DNA from: Promethearchaeota archaeon
GTDB lineage: Archaea; Asgardarchaeota; Lokiarchaeia; Sigyniarchaeales; SOKP01
DNA: 64,000 nucleotides
Reading direction: 5' to 3'
Assembly (NCBI GenBank): GCA_048940925.1
Contig: JBHLOC010000014.1
Coordinates: forward strand, 15,184-79,183
A program made the position numbers and the translations under genes. The notes under the pieces were generated by a model. The model made no database searches. It was not told the origin of the DNA and was given only the letters and a program-made list of their open reading frames with translations. Below are positions 38,866 through 50,131 of the stretch, piece by piece (within the stretch, counting starts at the first letter, position 1; the number at the start of each line of letters is the position of its first letter).

Positions 38866-39573
38866 TTATTGAAGTAAGAAAATTGAGATAAGGAGGGTTA
38901 TAAAAAATGCAAATGCCATCTGTAGGATATTTTTTATTATAGATTCCCTTGATACAATTCCTAGAAAGATCCCAAGTAAAATTATACATATTAAAATGAT
39001 GAAAAATGAAATAATAAAAGTTGATAAACTTGCTGACGAGACTAAGAAAAAAGGAATTAATGGTACCACACCTCCTAAAAACGGAGAACCACCATTAATA
39101 AATGAAACAACTATACTAGCAAAATTTTCGGCTTTTTCTCGAAGTTTTCTGATCCGTCTCTTCTTTCTTTTCAATTGAATCTTTTTTTTTTGACCGATAT
39201 TATGATTTATTTTCATAAGCATTGCTTTTTCAATTTCGTTTATCTCTAATTCTCCTTTTTTAAGTAGCTCATCCTCTTCATTTATTACCATAGCTTTATT
39301 TAATTCTTCCTTTATTTTTTTTTGTTCTGCTTTTTCGGAAAGATATGAGCCAGTTATGCCTGAAATCAACATAGATATTGAGGAACCTAGCCCTGTTAAA
39401 ATGACAATATGACTTTCTATAGTAGCTTGCCCTCCCTTTAAGACTAATACAAAAAATCCCAATAATATGCCTAAAACTGTTAACATACCATCATAAAAAT
39501 TATTTACAAAATAACGTCGAGCAATTGCCCATAAATTCGTTATTTTTGCGTATATTCTAATTCTTTTAAACAT
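38866..39573 (-). CDS. VIT1/CCC1-like membrane protein
   Basis: ARRYFVNNFYDGMLT, GSYLSEKAE, GGVVPLIPF; multiple TM helices. Confidence 0.8.
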   Translation of the reverse strand: MFKRIRIYAKITNLWAIARRYFVNNFYDGMLTVLGILLGFFVLVLKGGQATIESHIVILTGLGSSISMLISGITGSYLSEKAEQKKIKEELNKAMVINEEDELLKKGELEINEIEKAMLMKINHNIGQKKKIQLKRKKRRIRKLREKAENFASIVVSFINGGSPFLGGVVPLIPFFLVSSASLSTFIISFFIILICIILLGIFLGIVSRESIIKNILQMAFAFFITLLISIFLLQ

Positions 39574-39641
39574 TCTTTTTAAAACATTAATTGTTTATTT
39601 CAAAATAAAAATAGATTTTTTTTTATTCACATCCACAACTT

Positions 39642-40286
39642 TTAAATCCCGAGGATTATAGAAATGATAAGTGTAACAACACCTGCAGTAACTAAATGTA
39701 GAGCGTATCTAACTCGTCCTCCCCCAGAGATCTTACCTAAAAATATGCCTAGATATACAAGTAAAACAGCAAGTATAATATAAGAAAATATAAAATGAGT
39801 TATTGCTAGCGTTGTCCCAAAGAAGAAAGGAATCAAAGGTAGAGAACTTCCTAAAACAGGGGCGCCTCCATCTACTAGTGAAGCAACAACAGTTGCAAAA
39901 TTCTCGGCCTTCTCTAATAAAGTTTTCTTCTTCTTTTGTTTAATTTCTTTATTGATTTTTATATCATCATCAACATCTGCCATTTCTTTTTTCATGTCTG
40001 TTACTTTTTTCTTACGTTCAGCTTCCTCAGATAGGAAAGCTCCCCATAACCCACTTACTCCAATAGCTAGTGCTGTTGCAAAACCAGTAATAATAACATT
40101 TTCGGGAATAAACCGTGATGGATCTTTGAGAAATATAATAAATATTCCGCTTACAATGCCAGCACATGTTAATGCACCATCAAAACAATTATTGAAAAAT
40201 TTACGTCGAGCAATTTCACCCAAATCAGCCATTTTTCCATATTGTTTCCATAGCTTAAGTTTTTCTTTAATTTCCATTGGTTTCAC
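39642..40286 (-). CDS. VIT1/CCC1-like membrane protein (tandem paralog)
   Basis: ARRKFFNNCFDGALT, GAFLSEEAE, SLPLIPF. Confidence 0.8.
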   Translation of the reverse strand: MKPMEIKEKLKLWKQYGKMADLGEIARRKFFNNCFDGALTCAGIVSGIFIIFLKDPSRFIPENVIITGFATALAIGVSGLWGAFLSEEAERKKKVTDMKKEMADVDDDIKINKEIKQKKKKTLLEKAENFATVVASLVDGGAPVLGSSLPLIPFFFGTTLAITHFIFSYIILAVLLVYLGIFLGKISGGGRVRYALHLVTAGVVTLIISIILGI

Positions 40287-40492
40287 TTGACACTTTTTTA
40301 TAGACTATGAATCTAAAATAGACGATTCTTCTTAAAACATTTATTAGAAAAGATTTATTCGGTTTTATTAGTTTTTTATTAATTGAAGAATAAATTAAAT
40401 AAAAAATATATTAAATTTCCTAAATACTAAATTTTTTTTTATCTAATAATTTATATTTATAAGAGGTAATTAAATATTTAAAGGAGAATCAA

Positions 40493-41131
40493 ATGAACAA
40501 AATTAAAGAAGAAATCATATCAATGCTCATAGAGCATTCCAGAATCATCTATTCAGTTATAAGTGATATGGCAACTTATTATTCTATGTGGAGCAAGGGT
40601 TTTGAATCCAACAAAGATAGTTTAGAAAAGAAGAAAAACAAAATACAATTATCCGAAGAAGATGCTGACGGTATTAAAATTCAAATGATACAAAACTATG
40701 CTGAAGCAGGAACTCAAGGTTTGGGTAATTATGTATCTCTTATTTTAAAAATGGATAATGTAATTAACTACCCTTTGGAATTTGTTGATATGCTTCCTAA
40801 AATTAAATTAGATAGTAAAAATGAGATTGAAATAAAAAAACAGTATGATAAATTAATAAATAAGATTATTAAGATGGCTGATGTCTTAAAGTCAGCAATT
40901 AAAGGTTTAAGAGATAAGCCAGATATCGTATTTAAAAACACTACAGCAATTCATGAGATAGAAAATGAGATTGATACAATATATAGACAATTCCTTGAAT
41001 ATATATATTCTAGTGAAGATTTAGACATGCGAGTTTTATTAAGAATTAGAGACAGTATTGTATTATTAGAACAAATGGCTGATAGAATTCATGATATAGC
41101 CGATGAACTAAGAATTCTGCTTTATCAATAG
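40493..41131 (+). CDS. DUF47 / PhoU-like phosphate transport regulator
   Basis: Duplicated helical EEDAD and ENEID..Y motifs; EQMADRIHDIAD. Confidence 0.8.
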   Translation: MNKIKEEIISMLIEHSRIIYSVISDMATYYSMWSKGFESNKDSLEKKKNKIQLSEEDADGIKIQMIQNYAEAGTQGLGNYVSLILKMDNVINYPLEFVDMLPKIKLDSKNEIEIKKQYDKLINKIIKMADVLKSAIKGLRDKPDIVFKNTTAIHEIENEIDTIYRQFLEYIYSSEDLDMRVLLRIRDSIVLLEQMADRIHDIADELRILLYQ

Positions 41132-41360
41132 ATTTATATTACCATCTTGCTAAATTCTTAACATATTCTAACTAAAGTATATTATCTTTTATTTGGTTAT
41201 TAGTTACATACAAAAGAGTTTATTTAATAGTCTAAAATAAATATTAACAAGCCAAAAGAATTGAATTTTTTAATAAGATTATTTCTTAATTTTAACTTTC
41301 CCTACTAATTACATCTAATCAATTCACTATGAAAATATGATTAAACTTAAGTATCCAATA

Positions 41361-42839
41361 TTAATAAATAGTTTCTCCAGTTATTCTATTTACTTTCAAA
41401 TGCCTTAATCTTAAATTTATTCGAGGAATTTCTTCACTTTTTAATATGCTATTTACACATTCTTCTGGAAACAAATAATTTGCGAGATGGATAATCATTT
41501 GTTTGTTTTCAACACAATTATATAATTTTAAGCTTTCACAGGAGTAAAATAATTCACTTATCAAGTCATAATTTGTATCTTTTGAAAAGTCAAGTAATTC
41601 CAAATTTCTGTAAATCCTTGAAATTATTTTTTCTAAAAGGTTATAATCTTTAAATTTTTCAAGAGTATTTCTCATATAATTACAAAATAAAACATAATAA
41701 GTAGCTTCTGATGAAATAAATCCGTCTCGGTATTGTTTTATGCCTTCTGGTGTTATTCGAAACTCAATCTCTTCAATAATGGCGTTAATTTCTTGCTCTG
41801 ATGTTTTTTTTCTTAGATAACTATAGATCTTTAATATTACTACTAACTGAGATGTTTCTAGATTTCTTAAGTAATAATTTTCAAAAAACCGTTTATCTGC
41901 TCTAGTTAAATTATCAACTTTTTCATTATCTAACCATAATCCCATCATTTCTGTTGCTTTTATAAAATAATAGGCACCATCGGTTGCCTCAATAATAGGA
42001 GATTCAAATTCATCAATAGCTTCTTCATATAAATTGAGTAAAAATTGCTTAACTTTTTCTTTATCCACTTTAATATCTAAATTCTTGATTAAATAGATCC
42101 CGCAAAAATAAATATCAGGATTTTTTAAGGTAATTAATGGAATATCTATTAACCATTCATCTACATTGCTTTTGAGAAATGATCTAAGATGAGAAAAATC
42201 AAATCTTTTTTGTAAATGAAAAAAGTCAATTATTCTATAAATTAAATATGTCAGTTGAAGTTTATCTTGAGGATTTTTTAAATCTTCTAAACTTTCAATC
42301 TCTTTTTTATCTTGAATAAATTTATTCACAATTTTTTCTTGAATCTGAATATATTTTCTAAGATTTGCTTTCTTTTCTGGTTGTTTATCAAAAAGATTTT
42401 TTAAATTTCTTAATTCAATAATAAGTTCAATTGTTAGAAAACCCTGCTTTCTAAGTTTTAACATTAACTCTTCAACGTCAATATCGACAAAATAATCAAT
42501 AAATTTTTTTAAAAAGAGTTCATAGATTAATGGAGCAATTTTTTTTTCAAAAATATCTTTTGTTGTATATATAATCTCGTAATCTTTCTTTTTTATTTCT
42601 AAAAACGGATCTAAAAATGTATTTTCAATTTCACTTTGTTCAAATCCTAATTCTAATAACTCTTTTTGCAGATGAGGAATAATTTTATCTGTAATTTGGT
42701 TTAAATTTTCTTTTTTTATTGTATCGTTTTTAATATTAGTGATAATTTTTTTTCCAAAATAGTCATCGATATAATCATAAAAAGCGTCAATATTGCCCAA
42801 ATAGAAGTCTAGAATGTTAAGTATTCCTTGAAAAATCAT
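41361..42839 (-). CDS. Hypothetical all-alpha protein
   Basis: 492-aa ORF, helical; repeated 'YF/YY' helix units (DIYFCG, GAYYFI, ATYYVL) suggest an alpha-alpha repeat. Confidence 0.75.
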   Translation of the reverse strand: MIFQGILNILDFYLGNIDAFYDYIDDYFGKKIITNIKNDTIKKENLNQITDKIIPHLQKELLELGFEQSEIENTFLDPFLEIKKKDYEIIYTTKDIFEKKIAPLIYELFLKKFIDYFVDIDVEELMLKLRKQGFLTIELIIELRNLKNLFDKQPEKKANLRKYIQIQEKIVNKFIQDKKEIESLEDLKNPQDKLQLTYLIYRIIDFFHLQKRFDFSHLRSFLKSNVDEWLIDIPLITLKNPDIYFCGIYLIKNLDIKVDKEKVKQFLLNLYEEAIDEFESPIIEATDGAYYFIKATEMMGLWLDNEKVDNLTRADKRFFENYYLRNLETSQLVVILKIYSYLRKKTSEQEINAIIEEIEFRITPEGIKQYRDGFISSEATYYVLFCNYMRNTLEKFKDYNLLEKIISRIYRNLELLDFSKDTNYDLISELFYSCESLKLYNCVENKQMIIHLANYLFPEECVNSILKSEEIPRINLRLRHLKVNRITGETIY

Positions 42840-43351
42840 TTTAGAACAGGAAAAAAATTCTGATTTTATTTTCTTATTATATAAAAAATAGTGTTATTAA
42901 AATTAATATTTTACTTTTATTTATGATAAATTTGAATAAACTTTACATTAAAATTTTTTAAATGGAATTAATTTATTTAAACTTACTAATAATTGAAGCT
43001 AATCAATGGATTACTAAAGAAACTAAATGATTTTTTTATTGTAAATTATATAATACATTAAAATATAAAATTTATAAAAATATTAAAAATCTTCAGAGTT
43101 GAAGAAATAGAAAACCTTTTTCAAAATTTAGAATTATTTTAATCTCATCAATTTTTGATAAAAGTCTAAAATAACCAATGGCTTTTTGTAAATATAATTT
43201 AAAGTAATCGCATATCAAGAGATTTTAATATAGTCTTATATATAGATATAACTATTACAAGAATATGGTTAATCCCTTTTCGAAACATTTTTACGCAAAG
43301 ATTATTTCTTAAATAATAATATATAATTAATTTAATCAAAATGAGATAAAG

Positions 43352-43717
43352 ATGAATGGCAAACAAAAATTTTATCTACTACTCGGATTATTTCAAATTA
43401 TTCTAGTTATGACTGTATTTTTCAGTATAAATGGAATTATTTCTTTTGCTGCTGCTCAAGCCCCAACCACCAGTGATTCTTATAATTCTTCTACAGCAGG
43501 GATGTTAGGAATAGCTGCAGGGATCGCAGTGGGAGCAGCCGTCATAGGAAGCGGTATGGCTATAAAAACAGTTGGTACTTCTGCAATTGCTGCATTAACC
43601 GAGAGAGAAGAATATTTTTTTAAGGCCTTCTTAGTTGTAGCTTTAGGAGAAGCTTTGGCCATATATGGTCTTATCGTAGCAATATTATTATGGACAAAGA
43701 TCCCAAACCCAGCTTAG
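43352..43717 (+). CDS. atpK: A/V-type ATP synthase proteolipid subunit K (c)
   Basis: Gly/Ala-rich hairpin with ALGEALAIYGL (ion-binding Glu); N-terminal hydrophobic extension. Confidence 0.92.
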   Translation: MNGKQKFYLLLGLFQIILVMTVFFSINGIISFAAAQAPTTSDSYNSSTAGMLGIAAGIAVGAAVIGSGMAIKTVGTSAIAALTEREEYFFKAFLVVALGEALAIYGLIVAILLWTKIPNPA

Positions 43718-43796
43718 ACCTTTTTAAAGAAATATCCATATTCAATTAAGATTTTATGACATAAACATATAGTATTATAATTATGGTGATATTTAA

Positions 43797-44837
43797 ACGA
43801 GTGTTCCTGTTCCTGCATATGAATATACCTTTATAAAAATTGGATTTTTAAAGCAATTAGTATTAGATGATATTGCCTTACAACACTTAAAAGTACTTAG
43901 GGATATACAAGAATTTATTGGATTTATTGAGCCTTATTATCCAGATCTAAAAGTTAATGATTATACTATCGAAGAAATTGAGATGGCTTTATATCATATT
44001 TTTTTTAAACTAATTGGAAAAATAATCTCCTTTTCGCCATTAAATATGCGGCGTTTTCTAAAAGATTATTTACTCAAATACGAAATAATGAATATCAAGC
44101 AAATCATTTTAGGCTTAATAATAGGCATGACAAATGAAGAAAAATCAAAAAATGTAAATTTTCTAATAGAGGAATATTTAGAAAATACTGATTTTATAAA
44201 AAAATTGATTGAAATATCTTCCTTAGAAGAAATTCAATTATATATGAAAAAAACTATTTACAATAAGGCAATTAGAGAGGGTATTCTTTATTTTAAGAAT
44301 AATAATGAAATATTTGTGCTTGAGGCATTTTTAGATCAATTATATTATTTTATCTTGTTGAGAAGAGAAAACATGTATAATAAAAAAGAAAAAAATATGA
44401 TATCTTTATTTAATTCCTTTAAAACAGAAATATATAATATTAATTTGATGTATCGTGGTATTATAAATGGAATTGATAAAAATCTTCTCTCTCAATTCAT
44501 AGTAAACAATTACTTATTTTTAGATGAAAATAAAATTAATGTTCTTCTGGATCAAAAAAATTTAAATGATTTTTTTTTGGAACTTGATATAATTTTACGA
44601 AAAATAATTGAACTGAAGTATTTTATAAATATTTCTGAGGAAGAGCATCCGATGTGGGAACTCGAAAGGTTATATGAGCAATATTATTTTAAAAAAGTTA
44701 AAATTACATTTGAAGATATTGAACATTTAACAATTTATCGTATTTTGGAATTGATTATAAAGAAAGAAAAAGAAATTAACCTAGAAATTATACCAAATGT
44801 AGTGAGGATTATTAATAGGAAGTTTAAGTCATTATAA
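43797..44837 (+). CDS. atpC: A/V-type ATPase subunit C; probable ACG start
   Basis: Frame open from ACG 43797 (after TAA 43794): (M)SVPVPAYEYTFIKIGFLKQLVL...; GGTGA SD 43785-43789; KYEIMNIK, EAFLDQLYY, EIYNI motifs; operon context. Confidence 0.8.
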   Translation, partial: TSVPVPAYEYTFIKIGFLKQLVLDDIALQHLKVLRDIQEFIGFIEPYYPDLKVNDYTIEEIEMALYHIFFKLIGKIISFSPLNMRRFLKDYLLKYEIMNIKQIILGLIIGMTNEEKSKNVNFLIEEYLENTDFIKKLIEISSLEEIQLYMKKTIYNKAIREGILYFKNNNEIFVLEAFLDQLYYFILLRRENMYNKKEKNMISLFNSFKTEIYNINLMYRGIINGIDKNLLSQFIVNNYLFLDENKINVLLDQKNLNDFFLELDIILRKIIELKYFINISEEEHPMWELERLYEQYYFKKVKITFEDIEHLTIYRILELIIKKEKEINLEIIPNVVRIINRKFKSL

Positions 44838-44889
44838 ACTGAAAATTAATCTATTAGTTAAAAAAAATAAAGATAAATGCATTAAAATT

Positions 44890-45201
44890 ATGGAGCTTTT
44901 TAATTGGTTAAAAGATATAGAAAAAATTTATGAAGATTTAATTGATAAAGAAAAAAAAGAAAGTGCAGATAAAATTCAATTATTAGAAGAACAATATAAA
45001 AAAGATCTTGAAGAAATTTTAGAAAAAAAGAGAAATTTTGTTAAATCAACTCAAGAAAATCTTTCAAAAGAAGTTTTAGATTATATTGAAGATTTTGAAA
45101 AAAAATCTAACGACGTAATTGATAGAATTAGGAAAAATTATCAAAATGATAAGAGTAAATTGATGCAAACAATTTTAGAAAAATTGGGGTTAAAATTTTA
45201 A
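44890..45201 (+). CDS. atpH: Putative A/V-type ATPase peripheral stalk subunit H (G)
   Basis: About 100-aa charged helical protein within the ATPase operon. Confidence 0.65.
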   Translation: MELFNWLKDIEKIYEDLIDKEKKESADKIQLLEEQYKKDLEEILEKKRNFVKSTQENLSKEVLDYIEDFEKKSNDVIDRIRKNYQNDKSKLMQTILEKLGLKF

Positions 45202-45521
45202 TGCCTGAGCAAAAAATATATGTATTAGGAAAAGACGAGATCGTTACAATGTTAGGATTATTAGGAATAGAAGGTAAAGTTATTAATGAGAATGATGATT
45301 TTTTAAAAGAATTTAACAATCTAGTAAGCAATCCCTCGATTATAATGATAATCATAGCATTAGATTTAGCAGATGATACTATTGATTTCTTAATTGATTT
45401 CAAACTTAATATAAGAAAACCATTTATATTTTATCTGCCAAATATTTTTCAATTAGATGATGATTCTAAGGATCTTTTTTTAACGAAAATTAATGAATCT
45501 ATTAGAGGCATCTTAACATAA
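45201..45521 (+). CDS. atpF: A/V-type ATPase subunit F
   Basis: KIYVLGKDEIVTMLGLLGIEG N-terminus; TAATG coupling. Confidence 0.85.
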   Translation: MPEQKIYVLGKDEIVTMLGLLGIEGKVINENDDFLKEFNNLVSNPSIIMIIIALDLADDTIDFLIDFKLNIRKPFIFYLPNIFQLDDDSKDLFLTKINESIRGILT

Positions 45522-45530
45522 AGGAGGTGA

Positions 45531-46262
45531 ATAAATTTTTCAGATGAGAGCAATTTAAAGAAGTCTGTAGGGGCTTTAGGATTATATTTAATAAATAAAG
45601 CGCTACAAGAAATCAAGGAATCTCATAGACAAATGTTATTTCAAAAAGCAGAAATGAAAAATAATTATAATGAAATGATAGACGAAGCTTCTTTAAAAGT
45701 AAAAAACAAATTTCTTGAAGATTATGATCAATTTTTAAATGAACATTTAACATCGAGCTTATTAAAATTGAAAGAAACAATTCTGAATCTTAAGAATCAA
45801 TTAAAAGAAGATTTAAGAATATCACTTTTTGAGTTAATTAAAACTAAATTAGATAAAAATTATTCAACATATATTGAATATATTTTAAATTTTATTAAAC
45901 TAGTAAGTGAGAATATAGGTGGTCATGGAAAAATTAACTTTTTTTTTAATTTAAGAGATTTTAATTACTTTAATAAAAATTCCAATAAAATTAAAAGTAT
46001 ATTCAGAGATTCAATCACTATTGAGCAATCTTCTCGTAAGTTTTTAGGAGGATTTGAAGTGACAATGCCTCAAGCATCCATTTCTTATGATTATTCGTTT
46101 GATACCCTTATAAATAGAAATTATACTCAAATTGAGTTGGAGTTTTCAAAAATTATTTCGGATGTTGAATACAAAAAATTATATGATGAATTTGAAGAAT
46201 TTATTCAAGAAAAAAAAAAAGATATAGAGGGAATTTTAAGTAAATATGACCAAATCAATTAG
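45531..46262 (+). CDS. atpE: A/V-type ATPase subunit E; start probably non-canonical, upstream of the first ATG
   Basis: FLGGF..ISYDYSFDTL motif. Frame is open from 45531 directly after GGAGGTGA (45523-45530); first ATG is at 45633. Confidence 0.75.
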   Translation: MNFSDESNLKKSVGALGLYLINKALQEIKESHRQMLFQKAEMKNNYNEMIDEASLKVKNKFLEDYDQFLNEHLTSSLLKLKETILNLKNQLKEDLRISLFELIKTKLDKNYSTYIEYILNFIKLVSENIGGHGKINFFFNLRDFNYFNKNSNKIKSIFRDSITIEQSSRKFLGGFEVTMPQASISYDYSFDTLINRNYTQIELEFSKIISDVEYKKLYDEFEEFIQEKKKDIEGILSKYDQIN

Positions 46263-48081
46263 ACAAGTTAATTCTGGACAGATTTCTGCGATTAATGGTT
46301 CTTTGATCGAAATAAAGGGTTTAGAGCATCAAATTCGACTTCATGACTTAATTGAAGTATCTAAACATAGTGTTTTGGGAGAAGTTATTCAAATATATTC
46401 AGATAAGGTGATTGCTCAATGTTTTGAAGATACAAGTAATATGAGATTGCATGAAAAAGTAATTGATTTAAAGGAACCTTTATCTATGGAATTAGCTCCA
46501 GGATTGTTATCAAGTATTTTTGATGGAATTCAACGACCCTTAGAAAATTTTTTTACACAATTCAAAGATACTGGATTTTTAGAAAAAGGTATTACGTTAC
46601 CTCCGTTATCCAGAACTAAAAAATGGCACTTTATTCCTCAAAAAGAGGTAAATAATAAGGTAAGTGGTGGTGATGTAATTGGAACAGTACAAGAAACTAC
46701 TTCTATAATACATTATATACTATTACCTCCAGAGGAATTTGGAATTTTAACTTACATTGCAGAAGAAGGGGATTATACTATAACTGATGAAATTTACAAA
46801 TTAAAAAACGGTAAAGAAGAAAAAAATTTTAATATGATCCAAAAATGGCCTGTTACACGATCTAGGCCCTTTTTTAAAAAAATAAGCCCTTTAGAACCAT
46901 TAAATACAGGAATGCGGGTTATCGATTTACTATTCCCTGTCGCGAAAGGTGGCACTGTGGCAGTTCCGGGGGGATTTGGTACCGGTAAAACAGTTATTCA
47001 ACAATCCCTAGCTAAATGGTGCGATGCTGATATAATAATTTTTGTAGGATGTGGTGAAAGAGGCAATGAAGTCGCTGATAGTTTAAAGGAATTCTCTAGA
47101 CTCATTGATCCGGTGACTGGACGACCTTTATTAGAGAGAGTAGTTGTTATTGCAAATACTTCTAATATGCCCGTATCAGCTCGTGAAGCGAGCATTTTTT
47201 CAGGAATAACTATTGGAGAATATTATAGAGATATGGGATATGATGTTGCTCTTATGGCAGATAGTACCTCAAGATGGGCAGAATCTCTAAGAGAAATTTC
47301 AGGATTATTAGAAGAAATGCCTGCTGAGGAAGGATATCCAGCTTATTTACCCTCAAAACTTTCAAGTTTTTACGAAAGAGCAGGTGTTATTGAAACTTTA
47401 GGAAATAATGAATTAAATGATAACAAAATGGGTTCTTTAACGATTATTGGTTCTGTATCACCCCCTTCTGGCGATTTTAGCGAGCCTGTGACAGCAACAA
47501 CTAAGCGTTTTGTTCAAGTTTTCTGGGCATTAGATGCAAGACTCGCATATGCCAAACATTATCCCGCTTTAAATTGGCTTGATTCATATTCAAATTACCC
47601 TGAATATATTGCTGATTGGTGGCTTAAAAAAGATATTAATTGGTCAGAGTTGGATCTCGATTGGTTTGATTGTCGAACTCAAGTTAATGAAATTTTATCG
47701 ATAGAAAATAATTTAAAAAATATTACTCAATTAATTGGAGAAGAAAATCTGCCAGAAGATCAGCAATTAATTCTCTTTATTGCAAAAATAATTAAAGAAG
47801 GTTTTCTAATTCAAAATGCATTTGATGATATTGATAATTATACTTCTGCTGAAAAGTTATTGCGACAAATAAAAATTGTCCTTTTATTAAATAAAGAGGC
47901 TAAAGAACTTTTGGATAAAGGGATTATTATTGAAGAGATTAAAGATCTTGAGATTGTGAATGACATTTTAAGAATTAGTAGTTCCATTCCTAATGACGAG
48001 TCCTATAAAATTGATGAATTAAAAAATGAAATGATTAAAAAAACTAAATCCATGAAAACAACTTATCGATTTATGAGATAA
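46246..48081 (+). CDS. atpA: A/V-type ATP synthase catalytic subunit A
   Basis: [51 protein letters not shown]. Confidence 0.97.
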   Translation: MTKSIRQVNSGQISAINGSLIEIKGLEHQIRLHDLIEVSKHSVLGEVIQIYSDKVIAQCFEDTSNMRLHEKVIDLKEPLSMELAPGLLSSIFDGIQRPLENFFTQFKDTGFLEKGITLPPLSRTKKWHFIPQKEVNNKVSGGDVIGTVQETTSIIHYILLPPEEFGILTYIAEEGDYTITDEIYKLKNGKEEKNFNMIQKWPVTRSRPFFKKISPLEPLNTGMRVIDLLFPVAKGGTVAVPGGFGTGKTVIQQSLAKWCDADIIIFVGCGERGNEVADSLKEFSRLIDPVTGRPLLERVVVIANTSNMPVSAREASIFSGITIGEYYRDMGYDVALMADSTSRWAESLREISGLLEEMPAEEGYPAYLPSKLSSFYERAGVIETLGNNELNDNKMGSLTIIGSVSPPSGDFSEPVTATTKRFVQVFWALDARLAYAKHYPALNWLDSYSNYPEYIADWWLKKDINWSELDLDWFDCRTQVNEILSIENNLKNITQLIGEENLPEDQQLILFIAKIIKEGFLIQNAFDDIDNYTSAEKLLRQIKIVLLLNKEAKELLDKGIIIEEIKDLEIVNDILRISSSIPNDESYKIDELKNEMIKKTKSMKTTYRFMR

Positions 48082-48083
48082 AA

Positions 48084-49475
48084 ATGAGTGTAAGATATAA
48101 AAATATAAAACAGATCATAGGTCCGCTTATCTTTTTAGAAAATAACCATAATGTGCAATATGGAGAAATTGTTGAAGTTAATACCATCGAACAAAAAAAC
48201 CGTATTGGCCAAGTAATAAAAATTGATGAAGAATTAATCGTTGTTGAAGTATTTGAAGATACTAAAGGAATGTCTTCAGAAAATTCAACACTTATTTTTA
48301 CTGGAGAACCGTTTAAATTGAAAATTTCAAATGATATGTTGGGAGGTATTTTTAATTCCTTAGGAAAACCTATTGATATTTTCACAAAAAAAGTTTTGAA
48401 TTCTGATATTATAACTAATGTAGAACGAGATATTAATGGTGCGCCCATAAATCCATTTGCAAGGCAGTATCCTTCTCAAGTAATACAGACTGGGATTTCT
48501 ACTATAGATGGTCTATTTACCTTAATTAGAGGTCAAAAGCTTCCTATTTTTAGTGGGCAAGGACTTTCACACAATAAAATTGCAGCCCAAATTGTGACAC
48601 AAGCTAAAGTTTTGACAGAGGAACCTTTTCTAATAATCTTTTGTGGAATTGGAATTACTCAAGATGAAGCAATTTTTTTTGTAGATCGCTTTCAAAAAAG
48701 TGGGAATATTCAAAATATAATATCATTTATTAATTTTGCAGACGATCCAGTAATGGAGCGATTAATAATTCCTCGAGTTGCCTTAACAACCGCGGAATAT
48801 TTTGCTTTTGATAAAGAAATGCATGTTCTTGTTATCCTAATTGATATGACAAATTATGCTGAAGCTTTGAGGGAGCTTAGTTCAGCAAAAGAAGAAATAC
48901 CTAGTAGAAAAGGGTATCCTGGATATTTATATTCAGATTTTGCCTCCATTTATGAAAGAACAGGGCTAATAAAAGATAAGAAGGGGTCAATTACTCAAAT
49001 TCCGATATTAACAATGCCTAATGATGATATTTCTCATCCTATTCCAGATACTTCGGGATATATCACTGAAGGACAATTAGTATTGAATCGAACTTTGGAA
49101 AAAAAGGGGATTTACCCCCCCATTGAAGTTTTAGCTTCTATCTCGCGACTTATGAAAGATGCTATAGGTGATGGAACTACTAGAGAGGATCATGCCGATA
49201 TTAGTTCTCAATTATTAGCTTCTTATTCCACTGCTCTTGAAGTTAGAGATTTGATTTCAGTTGTAGGAGAAGATAGTTTAAATTTAGAACAAAAAGCATT
49301 ATTAAAATTTGCAGATGATTTTGAATTATTATTTATGAATCAGAAATTTAATGAAAATCGTGATTTTTCAAAATCATTTTCAATTGCATGGAAAGTATTA
49401 GCGAATCTTCCAAGGAATCAGTTATATAGAATTCATCAAAATTTTATCAATAAATATTATCCATCAGAGGTGTAA
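48084..49475 (+). CDS. atpB: A/V-type ATP synthase subunit B
   Basis: [55 protein letters not shown]. Confidence 0.97.
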   Translation: MSVRYKNIKQIIGPLIFLENNHNVQYGEIVEVNTIEQKNRIGQVIKIDEELIVVEVFEDTKGMSSENSTLIFTGEPFKLKISNDMLGGIFNSLGKPIDIFTKKVLNSDIITNVERDINGAPINPFARQYPSQVIQTGISTIDGLFTLIRGQKLPIFSGQGLSHNKIAAQIVTQAKVLTEEPFLIIFCGIGITQDEAIFFVDRFQKSGNIQNIISFINFADDPVMERLIIPRVALTTAEYFAFDKEMHVLVILIDMTNYAEALRELSSAKEEIPSRKGYPGYLYSDFASIYERTGLIKDKKGSITQIPILTMPNDDISHPIPDTSGYITEGQLVLNRTLEKKGIYPPIEVLASISRLMKDAIGDGTTREDHADISSQLLASYSTALEVRDLISVVGEDSLNLEQKALLKFADDFELLFMNQKFNENRDFSKSFSIAWKVLANLPRNQLYRIHQNFINKYYPSEV

Positions 49476-49478
49476 ATA

Positions 49479-50111
49479 ATAAGTTTTAGAAAGATACAAC
49501 CAACAAAAACTAATGTTATTAATCTAACGAAGAAGTTAGATTTTGTTACAAAAGGAGAAAGTTTTTTAGAATATAAAGAAGAACAATTAATGCAACAAAT
49601 TAAAACTCTATGGTCAGACTTTAAATTATCTCAAAAAAATTTTTTTGTATTATATAAAAAGGCTCTTTCAAAATTATATGAAACTTATCAAGAGATGGGA
49701 AAACGGCAAGTAGTTATGATTAATAACATCAATATTATCCAATTTAAACCGTTTATAGATATAAATTATAGGAAAAAAATAGGAATTTTATTACCATATA
49801 TTAATTTCGAATTAAAACAAGAAGAGCAGCTTCCAGCTTACTCATTTGAAAATACAAGTCATCATCTTGATGAGTTAATAGTTATTTTAAAAGAATTCTT
49901 TGAAAGCTTAATTGTATTTGCTGAAAAAGAAGATATTTTATTAAAATTGACTTTAAATTTAAAAAAAATAAGCCGTAGAATAAGTGGATTAAAAAATGTA
50001 ATTAAACCTCAATTAATATCAGATATCAAAACAATAAAAGAAATTTTAGAAGAACTTGAAAGAGAAAGTTTTGTCCGATTAAAAAAAACAAAAAGTTTAA
50101 TTAAAGAATAA
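49479..50111 (+). CDS. atpD: A/V-type ATPase subunit D; probable ATA start
   Basis: The conserved N-terminus QPTKTNVINLTKKLDFVTKGESFLEYKEEQL lies upstream of the first ATG (49590). GAGGTG SD at 49467-49472. C-terminal RRISGL..LEELERESFVRLKK. Confidence 0.85.
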   Translation: MSFRKIQPTKTNVINLTKKLDFVTKGESFLEYKEEQLMQQIKTLWSDFKLSQKNFFVLYKKALSKLYETYQEMGKRQVVMINNINIIQFKPFIDINYRKKIGILLPYINFELKQEEQLPAYSFENTSHHLDELIVILKEFFESLIVFAEKEDILLKLTLNLKKISRRISGLKNVIKPQLISDIKTIKEILEELERESFVRLKKTKSLIKE

Positions 50112-50131
50112 ATATCGAGAGTACGATAAAT

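Noticed and set aside
43783-43800. Programmed frameshift (TTTAAAC) from the ATG at 43783 into atpC
   Set aside because: The heptamer is not in the slippery register of that ATG frame, and a -1 slip at A-TTT-AAA lands on TAA. SD + ACG initiation is simpler.
49470-49481. Stop read-through fusing atpB and atpD (same frame), and similar in-frame junctions at 12088/12089 and 61793/61794
   Set aside because: The stops are TAA, and the downstream genes have their own SD and/or start codon; translational coupling explains them.
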